A program made the position numbers and the translations under genes. The notes under the pieces are model-generated. The model was given only the letters and a program-made list of their open reading frames with translations, was not told the DNA's origin and ran no database searches. From Gemmatimonadota bacterium (GTDB lineage Bacteria > Gemmatimonadota > Gemmatimonadetes > Gemmatimonadales > GWC2-71-9): a stretch of 64,000 nt of DNA. Positions 37,359 through 46,727 of this stretch are shown here, one piece after another (within the stretch, counting starts at the first letter, position 1; every line of letters begins with the position of its first letter). The stretch is from NCBI GenBank assembly GCA_031402225.1, contig JANNSD010000040.1:27710-91709 (forward strand), in the 5' to 3' direction.

Positions 37359-38275
37359 TGCTCGATGCGGGCATGATCGACGGATTTCTCGCGGCGTCGG
37401 TGCGGGTCGCGACGCCGCTGCTGCTGGCGGCGCTGGGCGAAATGCTGGCGGAGCGCGGCGGGGTGATCAACCTGGGGATCGAGGGCGCCATGCTGGCCGG
37501 AGCGCTGGCGGCGGCCGTGGGCGCCGCGACCGGCGGGGCCTGGACCGGATTGGGTGCAAGCGCGGTAGCGGGCCTGGCGCTCGCCCTGGTGTTTGCGCTG
37601 GTGGCGATCGGGGCAAAGGCAGACCAGATCATTTCCGGAACCGCCACGACGCTCCTGGCGGTGGGTCTGACCGGTGCGCTGTACCAGGCCGCCTTCGGCT
37701 CGGCGGGCGCGGGACTGTCGTTGCCGACACTGGCGCCGGTCCGCATTCCGGCCCTCGCGGACGTGCCGTTTATCGGCCCGGCGCTCTTCGACCAGCCGGT
37801 CACCACGTACCTCGCGCTGGTGGCCGTGCCGCTTTGCTGGTGGTTCCTGTTTCGCACCCGCACGGGACTGGCGCTGCGTGCCGTGGGCGAATCGCCGGAG
37901 CACGCCCGCGCCGCGGGAGTGAACGCGCGGCGGATGCAGTTCGGGGCGACGCTCGTGGGCGGGGCCTTTGCGGGGCTTGCGGGGGGAACCCTGGTGCTGG
38001 CCCAGGTGGGTACCTTCGCCGAGCGGATGACGGCGGGCCGCGGATTTATTGCGATCGCCATCGTAGTGCTGGGGCGGTGGCACCCCGTGGGGGTGCTGGG
38101 CGCTGCGCTTCTCTTCGGTGCGGCGACGGCGCTGCAGTTTGTCTTTCAGGCGATGGGCCTGGCCGTGCCCTACCAGCTCTTTCTGGTGTTGCCGTACGTG
38201 CTGACACTGCTCCTCCTAGCTGGCCTCGTGGGAGGCGTCAAGGCACCTGCGGCGCTGGGCCGGGCGGCGGAGTAG
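37355..38275 (+). CDS. ABC importer permease (BMP system, second subunit)
   Basis: 306 aa polytopic protein with a 4-nt overlap with the previous permease. NLGIEGAM motif. Confidence 0.85.
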   Translation: MMLDAGMIDGFLAASVRVATPLLLAALGEMLAERGGVINLGIEGAMLAGALAAAVGAATGGAWTGLGASAVAGLALALVFALVAIGAKADQIISGTATTLLAVGLTGALYQAAFGSAGAGLSLPTLAPVRIPALADVPFIGPALFDQPVTTYLALVAVPLCWWFLFRTRTGLALRAVGESPEHARAAGVNARRMQFGATLVGGAFAGLAGGTLVLAQVGTFAERMTAGRGFIAIAIVVLGRWHPVGVLGAALLFGAATALQFVFQAMGLAVPYQLFLVLPYVLTLLLLAGLVGGVKAPAALGRAAE

Positions 38276-38333
38276 CTGCTTGCGTGTCGACGGACCGCGG
38301 AGCACATTCACGCTTCCCCCACATGAGGTACCT

Positions 38334-38582
38334 GTGCTCTACACCATTCTGATCGGCCTGCTCTCGGGCGCGGTGGCCAAGATGCTCACTCCCGGCAAGG
38401 ATCCGGGCGGGTGGATCATCACCATCTTGCTCGGTATTGCGGGTTCATTCGTTGGGACCTTCCTGGGTCGCACGCTGGGGCTGTACCAGGACGGCCAGGC
38501 GGCAGGGTTCATCGCGTCCGTGGTGGGGGCGGTCCTGCTGCTTCTGGCCTACCGGTTGTTCACCAAGGGGAAGACGGCATAG
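38334..38582 (+). CDS. GlsB/YeaQ/YmgE-family small membrane (transglycosylase-associated) protein
   Basis: VLYTILIGLLSGAVAKMLTPGKDPGGWIITILLGIAGSFVG matches the family signature. GTG start with GAGG 6 nt upstream. Confidence 0.75.
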   Translation: MLYTILIGLLSGAVAKMLTPGKDPGGWIITILLGIAGSFVGTFLGRTLGLYQDGQAAGFIASVVGAVLLLLAYRLFTKGKTA

Positions 38583-38585
38583 GCC

Positions 38586-38627
38586 GGGAGACGGGAGACG
38601 GGAGACGGGAGACGGGAGACGGGAGAC
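38586..38627. repeat. Tandem heptamer array GGGAGAC x6
   Basis: Six perfect copies starting 4 nt after the stop codon, then degenerate ggcaggc gggcaga. Confidence 0.95.
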
Positions 38628-38693
38628 GGCAGGCGGGCAGAAACTGAGGTTGGTGCGCGGTCGTAGGGAGGGAATCCCCTTCCCTGCGACCGC

Positions 38694-39431
38694 ATGCCGT
38701 TTCAGCGTCATCTTCGTGGCGTAGCGCTTTCTCTCGCCCTGCTGGCCAGTTGTGGTGGCGGCGGGGCTGAACCCCCTCCCCCGTTTTCGGGCCAGCAGCT
38801 CCGCGTCCTGTTCATCGGCAACAGCCTTACCTACGACAATGATCTTCCCGCCATGACGGCGCAGCTCGCGGCGTCAGTGGATGTGCCGCCAATGAGCGTG
38901 GGTCGCGTCCTTCAGGGCAACTACTCACTGGGCGATCACTGGCAGGAGGGCATTGCACAGGGCCTCATCAGGCAGGGCGGCTGGGATGTGGTCGTGCTGC
39001 AGCAGGGGCCATCAGCGCTGCCGGAGAGCCAGGCAGACCTGCTCGCCAGCACCCGCAAGTTTGCGGCTCTGGCCACGGAGCATGGTGCGCGAGTCGCGCT
39101 GCTTATGGTGTGGCCGGGCGCCGATCGGTCGATGGCGTTCGACTCGGTGCGGATGTCGTATTCAAATGCGGCGGAAGCGGTGGGCGGCATCTTCGTGCCG
39201 GCGGGCGAGGCGTGGCGCGCGGCGTGGCGGCGCGATCCGACGCTGGCGCTGTATGCGAGCGATGGTTTTCATCCGTCGGTCACCGGTTCCTACCTGGCGG
39301 CGCTGACGCTGTTCGAGCAGTTGTATGGCCGGTCACCCATCGGGGTGTCGGGTGCCGGCATCGAGCCGTCCCGGATGGCCCTGCTCCAGGAATCGGCCGC
39401 TCAGGCCGACGCGGAGTTCGGGCGGCGCTAG
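38694..39431 (+). CDS. SGNH/GDSL-like hydrolase lipoprotein
   Basis: Lipobox LALLASC. The FIGNSLT block I motif carries the catalytic Ser, and DGFHPS is the block V-like motif. Confidence 0.7.
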   Translation: MPFQRHLRGVALSLALLASCGGGGAEPPPPFSGQQLRVLFIGNSLTYDNDLPAMTAQLAASVDVPPMSVGRVLQGNYSLGDHWQEGIAQGLIRQGGWDVVVLQQGPSALPESQADLLASTRKFAALATEHGARVALLMVWPGADRSMAFDSVRMSYSNAAEAVGGIFVPAGEAWRAAWRRDPTLALYASDGFHPSVTGSYLAALTLFEQLYGRSPIGVSGAGIEPSRMALLQESAAQADAEFGRR

Positions 39432-39437
39432 TGTACA

Positions 39438-39481
39438 GGGCGGGGCGGGGTGGTCCCCGTCTCGACTACCCCGCCCCGCCC
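39438..39481. terminator. Long GC hairpin GGGCGGGGCGGGGT...ACCCCGCCCCGCCC between convergent genes
   Basis: Perfect 14-bp stem with a 16-nt loop, between the stops at 39431 (+) and 39489 (-). Confidence 0.55.
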
Positions 39482-39488
39482 CGGCGCG

Positions 39489-40256
39489 CTACGGTGATGC
39501 TGCCACCACCCGCTGAGCGTTGCGCATCTGGTCCCGTTCTGTAGCAATCATCTGCCAGACACGATCGCGGAGCGCGGGAATGTCGCTGCGGGCCAGGCCT
39601 GTCGTCTCCACTGGTTCGAGCACCCTCACCTCGGCCACCGACCGACCAAACCGCCAGTCATGCTTCCGGAGTGCCGTGGCCGCGCCGCTCACCGCGAGCG
39701 GGAGAATCGGCACGCCCGCGTCGATGGCAAGGCGGAAGGCGCCGTCCTTGAACGGCAGCATCTCGTCGGTTTCGGAGCGGGTGCCCTCGGGGAAGATGAT
39801 CACCGAGACCTTCTGCTTGAGGATCTCCTTGCAGCGCACCATCGCCTCGGCGGCCGAGCGGGGATTGCCGCGATCGACGGGTATGTCGCCAGCCAGGCGC
39901 ATGAGCCAGCCGAGGACGGGAATGCGGAAGAGCTCAGCCTTGCTGAGCCACTTCATTTCCCAGGGCAGGTGACTGATGAGCAGGATGTCCACGAAGGACT
40001 CGTGATTGGAGACCACGAGGTAGGGCCGACGGGGGTCCTTCGGCATGGTGCCCGAGATCCGGAATTTCCAGAGCGGATTGAGGGTGGCCATGAGGACGCC
40101 GATCTGGCGGAACATGAAACCGACCCAATAGCGGCCGGGATCGGACCCCTTGGTGAACAAGCGGACCAGGGCCATGAGCGGCAGCCAGACGAGCATCGAT
40201 GCGCCGAGTACGAACCAGGACCAGACGGAGCAGAGCGTGCCCCAGGCGGCGTTCAT
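39489..40256 (-). CDS. plsC: 1-acyl-sn-glycerol-3-phosphate acyltransferase
   Basis: HX4D motif (SNHESFVD), FPEGTRS motif and an N-terminal TM. Confidence 0.85.
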   Translation of the reverse strand: MNAAWGTLCSVWSWFVLGASMLVWLPLMALVRLFTKGSDPGRYWVGFMFRQIGVLMATLNPLWKFRISGTMPKDPRRPYLVVSNHESFVDILLISHLPWEMKWLSKAELFRIPVLGWLMRLAGDIPVDRGNPRSAAEAMVRCKEILKQKVSVIIFPEGTRSETDEMLPFKDGAFRLAIDAGVPILPLAVSGAATALRKHDWRFGRSVAEVRVLEPVETTGLARSDIPALRDRVWQMIATERDQMRNAQRVVAASP

Positions 40257-41317
40257 CGCGCGGCTCCCGCCGAGGCGGTGACGCGGCCCACCTCGAGCGC
40301 GATGGCGGCGACGAAAGCGTCGACGTCTTCGGCGGTGGTGTCGAACGCGGTCATCCAGCGAACTTCCGACGTCCGCTCATTCCAGAGGAGAAAACTGAAG
40401 TGCTGCTGCAGCGGCCCGATAGCGGCCGCCGGGATGCGCGCGAACACGGCGTTGGCCTGGACCTGCTGGGTGACCTGGATGCTGGGGATCGTGCGGACCT
40501 TCTGGTAGAGGCGAGCGGCCATCTGGTTGGCGTGGGTGGCGCTCCGGAGCCAGAGGTCATTGGTGAGCAGTGCCTCGAACTGGGCGGCAACGAATCGCAT
40601 CTTGGAGGCGAGCTGCATGCCCTGCTTCCGCACGAAGCCGAAATTGGCGGCGCGCTCGGGGTTGGCGAAGATGACGGCTTCGCCACCCAGGAGACCGTTC
40701 TTGGTGCCGCCGAAGGTGAGGATGTCCACGCCGGCGGCAATGGTGAATGCGCCGAGCGGGAGGTTGAGGGCGGCGGAGGCATTGGCGAGGCGGGCACCGT
40801 CCATGTGCAGCAGCAGTTTATGCTGGCGTGCGAGCCGGGAGAGCGCGGTGATCTCGTCTATGGTGTAGACGGTGCCATACTCGGTGGACTGGGTAATGGA
40901 AATGGCAGCCGGCTGGGTGCGGTGCACGTCGCCGATACCGGTGAGACGCGATTCCACCAGCTCGGGCGTGAGCTTACCGTCGGTGGTGGGGACGGTGAGG
41001 AGCTTGCTGCCGGCGTGATATTCCCAGGCGCCGCACTCGTCTACATCGAGATGGGCGACGTCGGAACAGATGACCGATTGCCAAGGCTCGAGTGAGGAAG
41101 CGAGGCCCAGGACATTGGCGGCGGTGCCGTTGAAGACGAAGTGCACGGCGACAGGTGCGCCCAGGAGGGCCTGGATGCGGGCGGTGGCGCGCGCGGTGAT
41201 GGCGTCGTCGCCGTAGCTCGGCATGTGACCGACATTGGCGGCGGCGATGGCGGCGAGAACGTCGGGGTGTGCGCCGGCCCAGTTGTCGCTGGCGAAGTGC
41301 CGGCGCGGTTCAGCCAT
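40253..41317 (-). CDS. ltaE: Low-specificity L-threonine aldolase (beta-eliminating lyase family)
   Basis: FASDNWAGAHPDVL, NGTAANVL and TFGGTKNG (PLP lysine) motifs. Confidence 0.8.
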   Translation of the reverse strand: MAEPRRHFASDNWAGAHPDVLAAIAAANVGHMPSYGDDAITARATARIQALLGAPVAVHFVFNGTAANVLGLASSLEPWQSVICSDVAHLDVDECGAWEYHAGSKLLTVPTTDGKLTPELVESRLTGIGDVHRTQPAAISITQSTEYGTVYTIDEITALSRLARQHKLLLHMDGARLANASAALNLPLGAFTIAAGVDILTFGGTKNGLLGGEAVIFANPERAANFGFVRKQGMQLASKMRFVAAQFEALLTNDLWLRSATHANQMAARLYQKVRTIPSIQVTQQVQANAVFARIPAAAIGPLQQHFSFLLWNERTSEVRWMTAFDTTAEDVDAFVAAIALEVGRVTASAGAAR

Positions 41318-41367
41318 GGGCGTGGTCGTCCTCGGGGTTCATCGTTCTGGCGTACTGCCGAAAAGAC

Positions 41368-41655
41368 CTAGTAGTGATAGCGAGCCTGCAGGAAGTCGAC
41401 CTGATCGTCACGCACGAGGTAGACGAGGCGGTGCTCCTGGGTGAGTCGCCGTGACCATACGCTGCTGCCAAGGTGTTTGAGCCCCTCGGGCTTTCCAAGT
41501 CCGGTGAAGGGTTCGCGCAGCGTCGCCTCCACGAGGTCGAGGCACCGGAGCGCCACGCGTCGATCGGTGTCCACCCAATACCGCAGGTCCTCGAGGAACT
41601 CGGGCTGAAAAACCGCGCGTCGCCGCCGGGCAGTGCCTGGGTCACTCCGCCGCAT
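41368..41655 (-). CDS. yoeB: YoeB/Txe-family toxin
   Basis: FQPEFLEDLRYW ... SRRLTQEHRLVY ... FLQARYHY matches YoeB including the C-terminal H-Y. The start is at the Met at 41655. Confidence 0.8.
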   Translation of the reverse strand: MRRSDPGTARRRRAVFQPEFLEDLRYWVDTDRRVALRCLDLVEATLREPFTGLGKPEGLKHLGSSVWSRRLTQEHRLVYLVRDDQVDFLQARYHY

Positions 41656-41929
41656 CGAGGCCGTACTGACGCCTGAGCGCCTCGACTGAGGCGGGCGCCG
41701 TCTTTTCGCCGAGCGCGCGCTGGAGGGCACTGAGGAGCCGGCGCGCGTTGACGGGAGACCGCAGCAGGTGGGCTGTCTCCAGGATGCTGCTCAATTCCGA
41801 CGCTGCGATGAGGGCCACATCGTCGTGTCCCCGCCGGTTGATGATGACCACTTCACCATTCTCCTCCACCTCACGCCACAGGGCAGCCAGCGTTTCGCGC
41901 GCGTTGGAGTAGGTCGTCTGGATCGGCAC
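41642..41929 (-). CDS. yefM: YefM/Phd-family antitoxin
   Basis: TYSNARETLAALWREVEENGEVVIINRRGHDDVALI. GTG at 41929 is preceded by GGAG. The ORF-track TTG start at 41965 lies inside the operator palindrome. Confidence 0.75.
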   Translation of the reverse strand: MPIQTTYSNARETLAALWREVEENGEVVIINRRGHDDVALIAASELSSILETAHLLRSPVNARRLLSALQRALGEKTAPASVEALRRQYGLDAAE

Positions 41930-41944
41930 AGGGGCTCCGTTGTA

Positions 41945-41965
41945 TTGTACAGTATTACTGTACAA
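41945..41965. promoter_or_regulatory. 21-bp perfect palindrome TTGTACAGTA-T-TACTGTACAA (candidate YefM-YoeB operator)
   Basis: Read directly, 16 nt upstream of the yefM GTG. It contains two TGTACA cores. Confidence 0.65.
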
Positions 41966-42013
41966 CAGACTCCTCGAGTTCGCAAGCTGACGCGCTGAAG
42001 GAGTATGCCGGGC

Positions 42014-42400
42014 TCAGCCCTGGACGTGATCGTGATCGTCTTCGGGAGTTTCGTCGTCCCAGAGGGCGAAGATGTTGCCGTCGGGGTCGGCGATCATGGC
42101 CATGACGCCGAAGCCCATTTTCGTGGGTTCGCGGACGAAGGTGACGCCGCGGTCGTGGAGGATGCCGGCCACGTGGACCAGGTTGGGGACGTGGAAGGTG
42201 AGGCCGGTTTCGCGGCCGACCAGTTTCTTCGCCTCGGGATGGACGGCTGGGTGCACGCCCAGGTGCGGGGCGGCCTCCAGGAACTCGCCGCCGAAGGAGC
42301 CCTGGCGGATGAGGGGGAGGCCCAGGGTGTCGCGGTAGAAGGCGAGGGCGCGGTCGATGTCGGAGACGAAGATGGCGATGCTGTGGAGGTTCGATATCAT
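42014..42400 (-). CDS. VOC/glyoxalase-bleomycin resistance family protein
   Basis: 128 aa. [23 protein letters not shown] and [13 protein letters not shown] are typical VOC motifs. Confidence 0.8.
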   Translation of the reverse strand: MISNLHSIAIFVSDIDRALAFYRDTLGLPLIRQGSFGGEFLEAAPHLGVHPAVHPEAKKLVGRETGLTFHVPNLVHVAGILHDRGVTFVREPTKMGFGVMAMIADPDGNIFALWDDETPEDDHDHVQG

Positions 42401-42445
42401 GGGGGAAAGCTAGCTATCCCGGCGCCGCGGCGTGAGCATTCAGCC

Positions 42446-42826
42446 ATGGCTTCCATATCAGCGACGGCAGCTGCCAAACGGAACAAGGCGCGACTGCGGG
42501 CGTACTTCGCAGCATTGCCTGCAGGTGCGCGAAGAGACCTGAAGAAGGTTGGCGCCGCAATTCGCGCTGCGGCGCCGGATGCGGTGGAAGCGGTGAGCTA
42601 CGGGATTCCCTCCTTCAAGTTCGGCGGCCGGATGCTCCTCTGGTATGCGGCATGGAAGAACCACACCAGTCTCTACCCACTGACTGCGGCGGCACGGCGG
42701 GCAGCCGGTGCGGACCTCAAGAAGTACAAGACCTCGAAGGGGACGATCCAGTTTCCGCTGGGCGAGGCACCGCCGCTGGGGCTGGTGAAGCGGATCGTGA
42801 AGGCGCGCGTGGCGGAGATGTCGTAA
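42446..42826 (+). CDS. DUF1801 (YdhG-like) domain protein
   Basis: [31 protein letters not shown] matches the family pattern. The ORF-track extension upstream is antisense to the VOC gene. Confidence 0.7.
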   Translation: MASISATAAAKRNKARLRAYFAALPAGARRDLKKVGAAIRAAAPDAVEAVSYGIPSFKFGGRMLLWYAAWKNHTSLYPLTAAARRAAGADLKKYKTSKGTIQFPLGEAPPLGLVKRIVKARVAEMS

Positions 42827-43011
42827 TGGGCACGATGAAGAACACGGTTATTCGACCGGTTCCGCCTGAGAGCGCCGAGGGAGGAGAGGGGCACACCCAC
42901 TCGGTGACGTGCAAGCTCTGCGGGGAGACGGTGTACGGCAATTCAGTGCGGTTCTTCGCGGACTGGATCAAGGCGCACCGCTGCGAGCCTGTGCATCGTG
43001 TCCGTAACTGA
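42826..43011 (+). CDS. Small Cys/His-containing hypothetical protein (61 aa)
   Basis: The ATG overlaps the previous stop (TAATG). It contains a CKLC ... HRC pattern. No family was recognised. Confidence 0.35.
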   Translation: MGTMKNTVIRPVPPESAEGGEGHTHSVTCKLCGETVYGNSVRFFADWIKAHRCEPVHRVRN

Positions 43012-43399
43012 GGACGCCGCGACTGAGGGAGCGGCGCATCCACCGTACCATCGGGAGGCCACAACTCCAGAGCATCGCACTGTGATGAACAGTTTCATGA
43101 CATGGGTCTGACGTCCCATATGTTCAGCTTCGATTGTCTGCCGTATATTGTCCGCCCATCCGCCAGAAGAACAGCGTCAAGTATTGATGAATTGGTTGAT
43201 CGGGGCATCCGTCCCTTCCCGGGCATGTGCACCCATGCTGGTCCATGGTCGCTGGCGCGGGACTGCCGGGCGTCGAGGGGGGCCGCGTCGTGCAGGTGGG
43301 TGACCAGGTAAACGGGGTCACGATCCGAAGCATCACCCGCGATCGAGTCGGTGCCCGAGGCTTCGACACCACCTGGAGCCTCGCCGTCCGGGTGTGGCC

Positions 43400-44836
43400 A
43401 TGAGGCGCTGGTCGCTGGCGGTCCTCGGCCTCATGGCGTGGGGATCGAGCTCGGCCGCGCAGGTTGCACCACGCGGCGAGGACAGTCTCGAAGTTCGATA
43501 TGTCGATGCCGACCTCCGCGCGGTGGTCCAGGCAATGGGTCGATATCTTGCCAAGCCACTTGTAGCCACGGGAATCCCGGCGACGCGCGTCTCCCTGGAG
43601 AGTGCGGGTCCGGTGGCGCGGGAGACTGTGGTGGCGCTACTGCGGGGATTGCTTATCTCACAGCACCTCCAGCTTCAGGAGGAGCCGGACTACTACACCA
43701 TCATACCGATGCCGCAATCGGTGGCTCCCGTGCAGCCAGTTGCGTCACAGGAAGCCGTCGCCAAAGGACCAGTGCAGCTGCATGTAATCCGGTTGCGCCA
43801 CGCGCGCGCGGCGGACGTTGCGGCAACAATCAACCTGCTCTTTGGCGGGAGTGGTGAATTCTCGGGGCGATCCGGGCTCGATGCGCCGATGCTGTCCGAG
43901 CAGCTCAGGCGCGGCCTCGTGCCGAACGACCAGGCCTCAGTGCCGGCTAGCGCCCCCCCCGCCCAGAGCTCCGCAATCAGCGGCCCGACAATCATCGTTC
44001 CAGATGAACATACCAACTCGCTTCTTGTACGGGCCACTGAAGACGATTTCGCGACACTGCGCAGTGCCATCGACCAGCTGGATATCCGGCCGCTTCAGGT
44101 GCTGATCGAGGTCATCATCGTGGAAGCGCGGAAGGACAGGTCGCTCTCCCTCGGTGCCGACATCCGCCTGCCGCCGCAGCGCGTCGACGGCGGCACGGTA
44201 AGCGGCACCACCACCGGCGGGGGCATCGGTGATCTCGTGCTCAAGTTCATGAGCATGGGGAAGGCCGATGTTGACATCACGATCCGGGCAGCTGCGTCGC
44301 GGGGTGACGCTCGGATCATCTCGCGTCCGGTAATTCTTGCGTCGAACAACCAGGAGGCGCGCTTTCTCGTGGGGTCACAGCGCCCTTTCGTCCAGGTCAG
44401 CCGTGTCCAGCCCACTGACAATGCGAGCCGGGACCAGGTGGTGCAGTACAAGGACGTGGGAACGAAACTCACGGTTCGCCCGACGATCAATCAGGACCGC
44501 TATGTCACGCTGGTTATCCAGCAGGAGATCAACCAGGCGACCAGTGAGACGCAGTTTGACGCTCCCATCATCTCGACCCGTGAGGCCCGGACGCAGGTGC
44601 TGGTCAAGGACGGCCAAACCATCGTCATCGGGGGCCTGCGCGACCAGGTCAGGGAGAACATCCGATCGGGGGTGCCGATACTGTCGAGCATTCCGCTCAT
44701 CGGCGCCCTGTTCGGCGGTGCCAGCAAGCGCAGCAGCGAGACTGAGCTGTACCTGTTCCTGACCCCACGCATCATTGCTACCGATGCAGAAGCCGACAGC
44801 CTGACGGCGCCGCGCCTTCCTGAGGACCTCAAATGA
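43400..44836 (+). CDS. Secretin (GspD/PilQ superfamily), short form
   Basis: Signal peptide MRRWSLAVLGLMAWGSSSAAQ and N0/N1-like domains. The C-terminal secretin domain reads VKDGQTIVIGGL ... VPILSSIPLIGALFG ... ELYLFLTPRI. Confidence 0.85.
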   Translation: MRRWSLAVLGLMAWGSSSAAQVAPRGEDSLEVRYVDADLRAVVQAMGRYLAKPLVATGIPATRVSLESAGPVARETVVALLRGLLISQHLQLQEEPDYYTIIPMPQSVAPVQPVASQEAVAKGPVQLHVIRLRHARAADVAATINLLFGGSGEFSGRSGLDAPMLSEQLRRGLVPNDQASVPASAPPAQSSAISGPTIIVPDEHTNSLLVRATEDDFATLRSAIDQLDIRPLQVLIEVIIVEARKDRSLSLGADIRLPPQRVDGGTVSGTTTGGGIGDLVLKFMSMGKADVDITIRAAASRGDARIISRPVILASNNQEARFLVGSQRPFVQVSRVQPTDNASRDQVVQYKDVGTKLTVRPTINQDRYVTLVIQQEINQATSETQFDAPIISTREARTQVLVKDGQTIVIGGLRDQVRENIRSGVPILSSIPLIGALFGGASKRSSETELYLFLTPRIIATDAEADSLTAPRLPEDLK

Positions 44837-45795
44837 CTCACGCCATGGTGACTGTCGCTCCACGCCTGTCCAGCGCTTCGCTGCTTGTCGGCGAGCACCC
44901 CAGCATCTGCCGGTTGCGAGGCCTGATCTCGCGGGCGGCGCCCCTGAACACGCCGGTGCTGATCGAAGGGCCGACCGGCTCGGGAAAGGAGGTGGTCGTC
45001 CGGGAACTGTACCGGCACTCGCGCCTGCGAGGCCCGCTCGTGTGCGTGAACGCGGCGACACTCCCGGAAGGATTGGCAGAAGCTGAACTTTTCGGCGTGG
45101 TCAAGGGCGCATACACCGGCGCGGTGCAGAGTCGTGGCGGGCGCTTGAGTGAGGCGCGTGGGGGGATGTTGTACCTGGATGAGAGTGCTGATCTGGCGCC
45201 GAGCGTTCAGGCAAAGCTGCTGCGGGTGGTGGAGACCGGCGAAATTACGCGCCTGGGCAGCTCACACTCGGAGCATGTGGCCTTCCGCCTCGTCCTATCG
45301 ATTCAGGAGACAGCTCACCGGCTCATCAAGCGGGAGCGCTGGCGCCCCGATTTCAAGTACCGGGTATCGGGAATTGTCCTTCAAGTCCCGTCGCTTGTGG
45401 ACAGGCTTTCCGACCTGCCGTTGCTGGTCACGCACTTCATGGCTGCTTTCGGGCGACCAGGCCTGGATGACCCGTCCATGAAGATGCTCCAAGCCTTCGA
45501 ATGGCCCGGCAACGTAAGGCAGCTCCGCGTGGTCCTCGAGCGGGCAGTTTTTCTCGCGGGTGCGGAATCGGTGGACTTGTTGGCAGTGGAGCGGTCGTTG
45601 GAGCAAGAGCGCGGATCTGACGAGCTAAGTCCACAGCGACGACCTCTGCCTGCAGACCTGAAGGCCATGCTCTCTGAATGCGGGTGGCGTGTCTTGATAC
45701 TTGCGAAGACCATGGGTGTGAGCCGTGCCACAGCATATCGGTGGCTGGCCGATGCGGCTATTCGCCCTCCCCGCGCCACAGTGCCTTTCCCTTGA
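44833..45795 (+). CDS. Sigma-54-dependent activator, AAA+ plus HTH only (PspF-like architecture), GAYTGA variant
   Basis: Walker A GPTGSGKE, GAYTGA at 45106..45123, Walker B LYLDES, WPGNVRQL, and a C-terminal HTH GVSRATAYRWL. There is no receiver or sensor domain. The ATG overlaps the secretin stop. Confidence 0.8.
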   Translation: MTHAMVTVAPRLSSASLLVGEHPSICRLRGLISRAAPLNTPVLIEGPTGSGKEVVVRELYRHSRLRGPLVCVNAATLPEGLAEAELFGVVKGAYTGAVQSRGGRLSEARGGMLYLDESADLAPSVQAKLLRVVETGEITRLGSSHSEHVAFRLVLSIQETAHRLIKRERWRPDFKYRVSGIVLQVPSLVDRLSDLPLLVTHFMAAFGRPGLDDPSMKMLQAFEWPGNVRQLRVVLERAVFLAGAESVDLLAVERSLEQERGSDELSPQRRPLPADLKAMLSECGWRVLILAKTMGVSRATAYRWLADAAIRPPRATVPFP

Positions 45796-45962
45796 GCAGG
45801 GGCACAATACGAGTGTCTCGTCCAATGTCGGTTCCGGCCCACTACAGATCTTGTACGAGGGGTATGCTGTCCGCGACAAGAAGCAAGACTTGGCGCGTAG
45901 AGCGTGTCAGACCACTCTCGCCCTTCCGCTGACGATCCCTGTGCCGGCGCACTCGCTAGCCC

Positions 45963-46256
45963 TCAGTGAATACTTGAAGGCACGCTTGCCAGATCGGCCT
46001 GAAGGTCGCTGATCTCCTCAGTGCTGACCGTCCCCGGTCCACAGACAAGCACCGCGGCGCCGGCCGCCAGCCGGTCGATGACCTGCAGAATTCTCGGTTG
46101 GTCGCCCGGACTTTTCTGGCTCCTTAGTAGAGCTCGCCCAAAGTAATGGCGGGAGCAAAAACCGCTGTCGCCCCTCTCCGCGGTGACCGACGGCTCGCCC
46201 GACAGCAGAGCGATCAGGACGTTCGTGTCGAGGAGATACCTACCGCTGCGCGGCAT
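45963..46256 (-). pseudogene. PIN-domain VapC-like toxin, C-terminally truncated
   Basis: N-terminus RYLLDTNVLIALL is typical of PIN proteins. It is only 97 aa and lacks the C-terminal acidic-residue region. Confidence 0.5.
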
Positions 46257-46455
46257 CGACCCGTTCGCAGCCTGCTTCGATCGCGGCCCCGATCTGCCTC
46301 AACTCTTCGGCAGAGATCGACCCTGCCAATGCGAGCAGAGGGCCGTGGTCGACCGTACCCTCGAGGGTCCGCACAAACGCCAGCGCACGTTGCTGATCGG
46401 GGAGCGGCAGCCGGCGGACGCGAGCGGCCAAGTCGTCTGACAGGGATGCGGACAT
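46240..46455 (-). CDS. Putative antitoxin (DUF2281-like) paired with the PIN remnant
   Basis: 71 aa from the Met at 46455, with an LPLPDQQRALAFVRTLEG motif. It overlaps the PIN start by 17 nt. Confidence 0.45.
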   Translation of the reverse strand: MSASLSDDLAARVRRLPLPDQQRALAFVRTLEGTVDHGPLLALAGSISAEELRQIGAAIEAGCERVDAAQR

Positions 46456-46727
46456 GAGAGCCGCCGGGCAGCCTGAAGTATGGCTGACACTCGATGTCGC
46501 CGTCGCCACCGGTGCCGCGTCCCCCGCCCGCCAGCTGGTCATCCTGACGAACGCCGGGAGAGCAATACCGTCGTCCCCGCCGCTCGAGCCGCTCTGTCAG
46601 ATGCCATGTGAACTTCCCCAGACATTCGTCATCTGAAGTTCCCTACCCTGACATTCGGGGGGATGCGATGGACACACCGCCGCAGGACGGCATAGGCTCG
46701 ACGGCATCGTTGGCCGCTCGGGGTGAT

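Noticed and set aside
9470-38627. Could the tandem repeat arrays be CRISPR arrays?
   Set aside because: The units are 7-8 bp and directly abutting, with no spacers, and no cas genes are present. They are microsatellite-like arrays, not CRISPR.
43253-43267. Sigma-54 promoter candidates upstream of the secretin (TGGCGCGGGACTGCC) and upstream of rhs (49030-49180).
   Set aside because: The GG-to-GC spacing is one base short of the TGGCAC-N5-TTGC geometry, and the -12 element is poor. Nothing better was found by eye.
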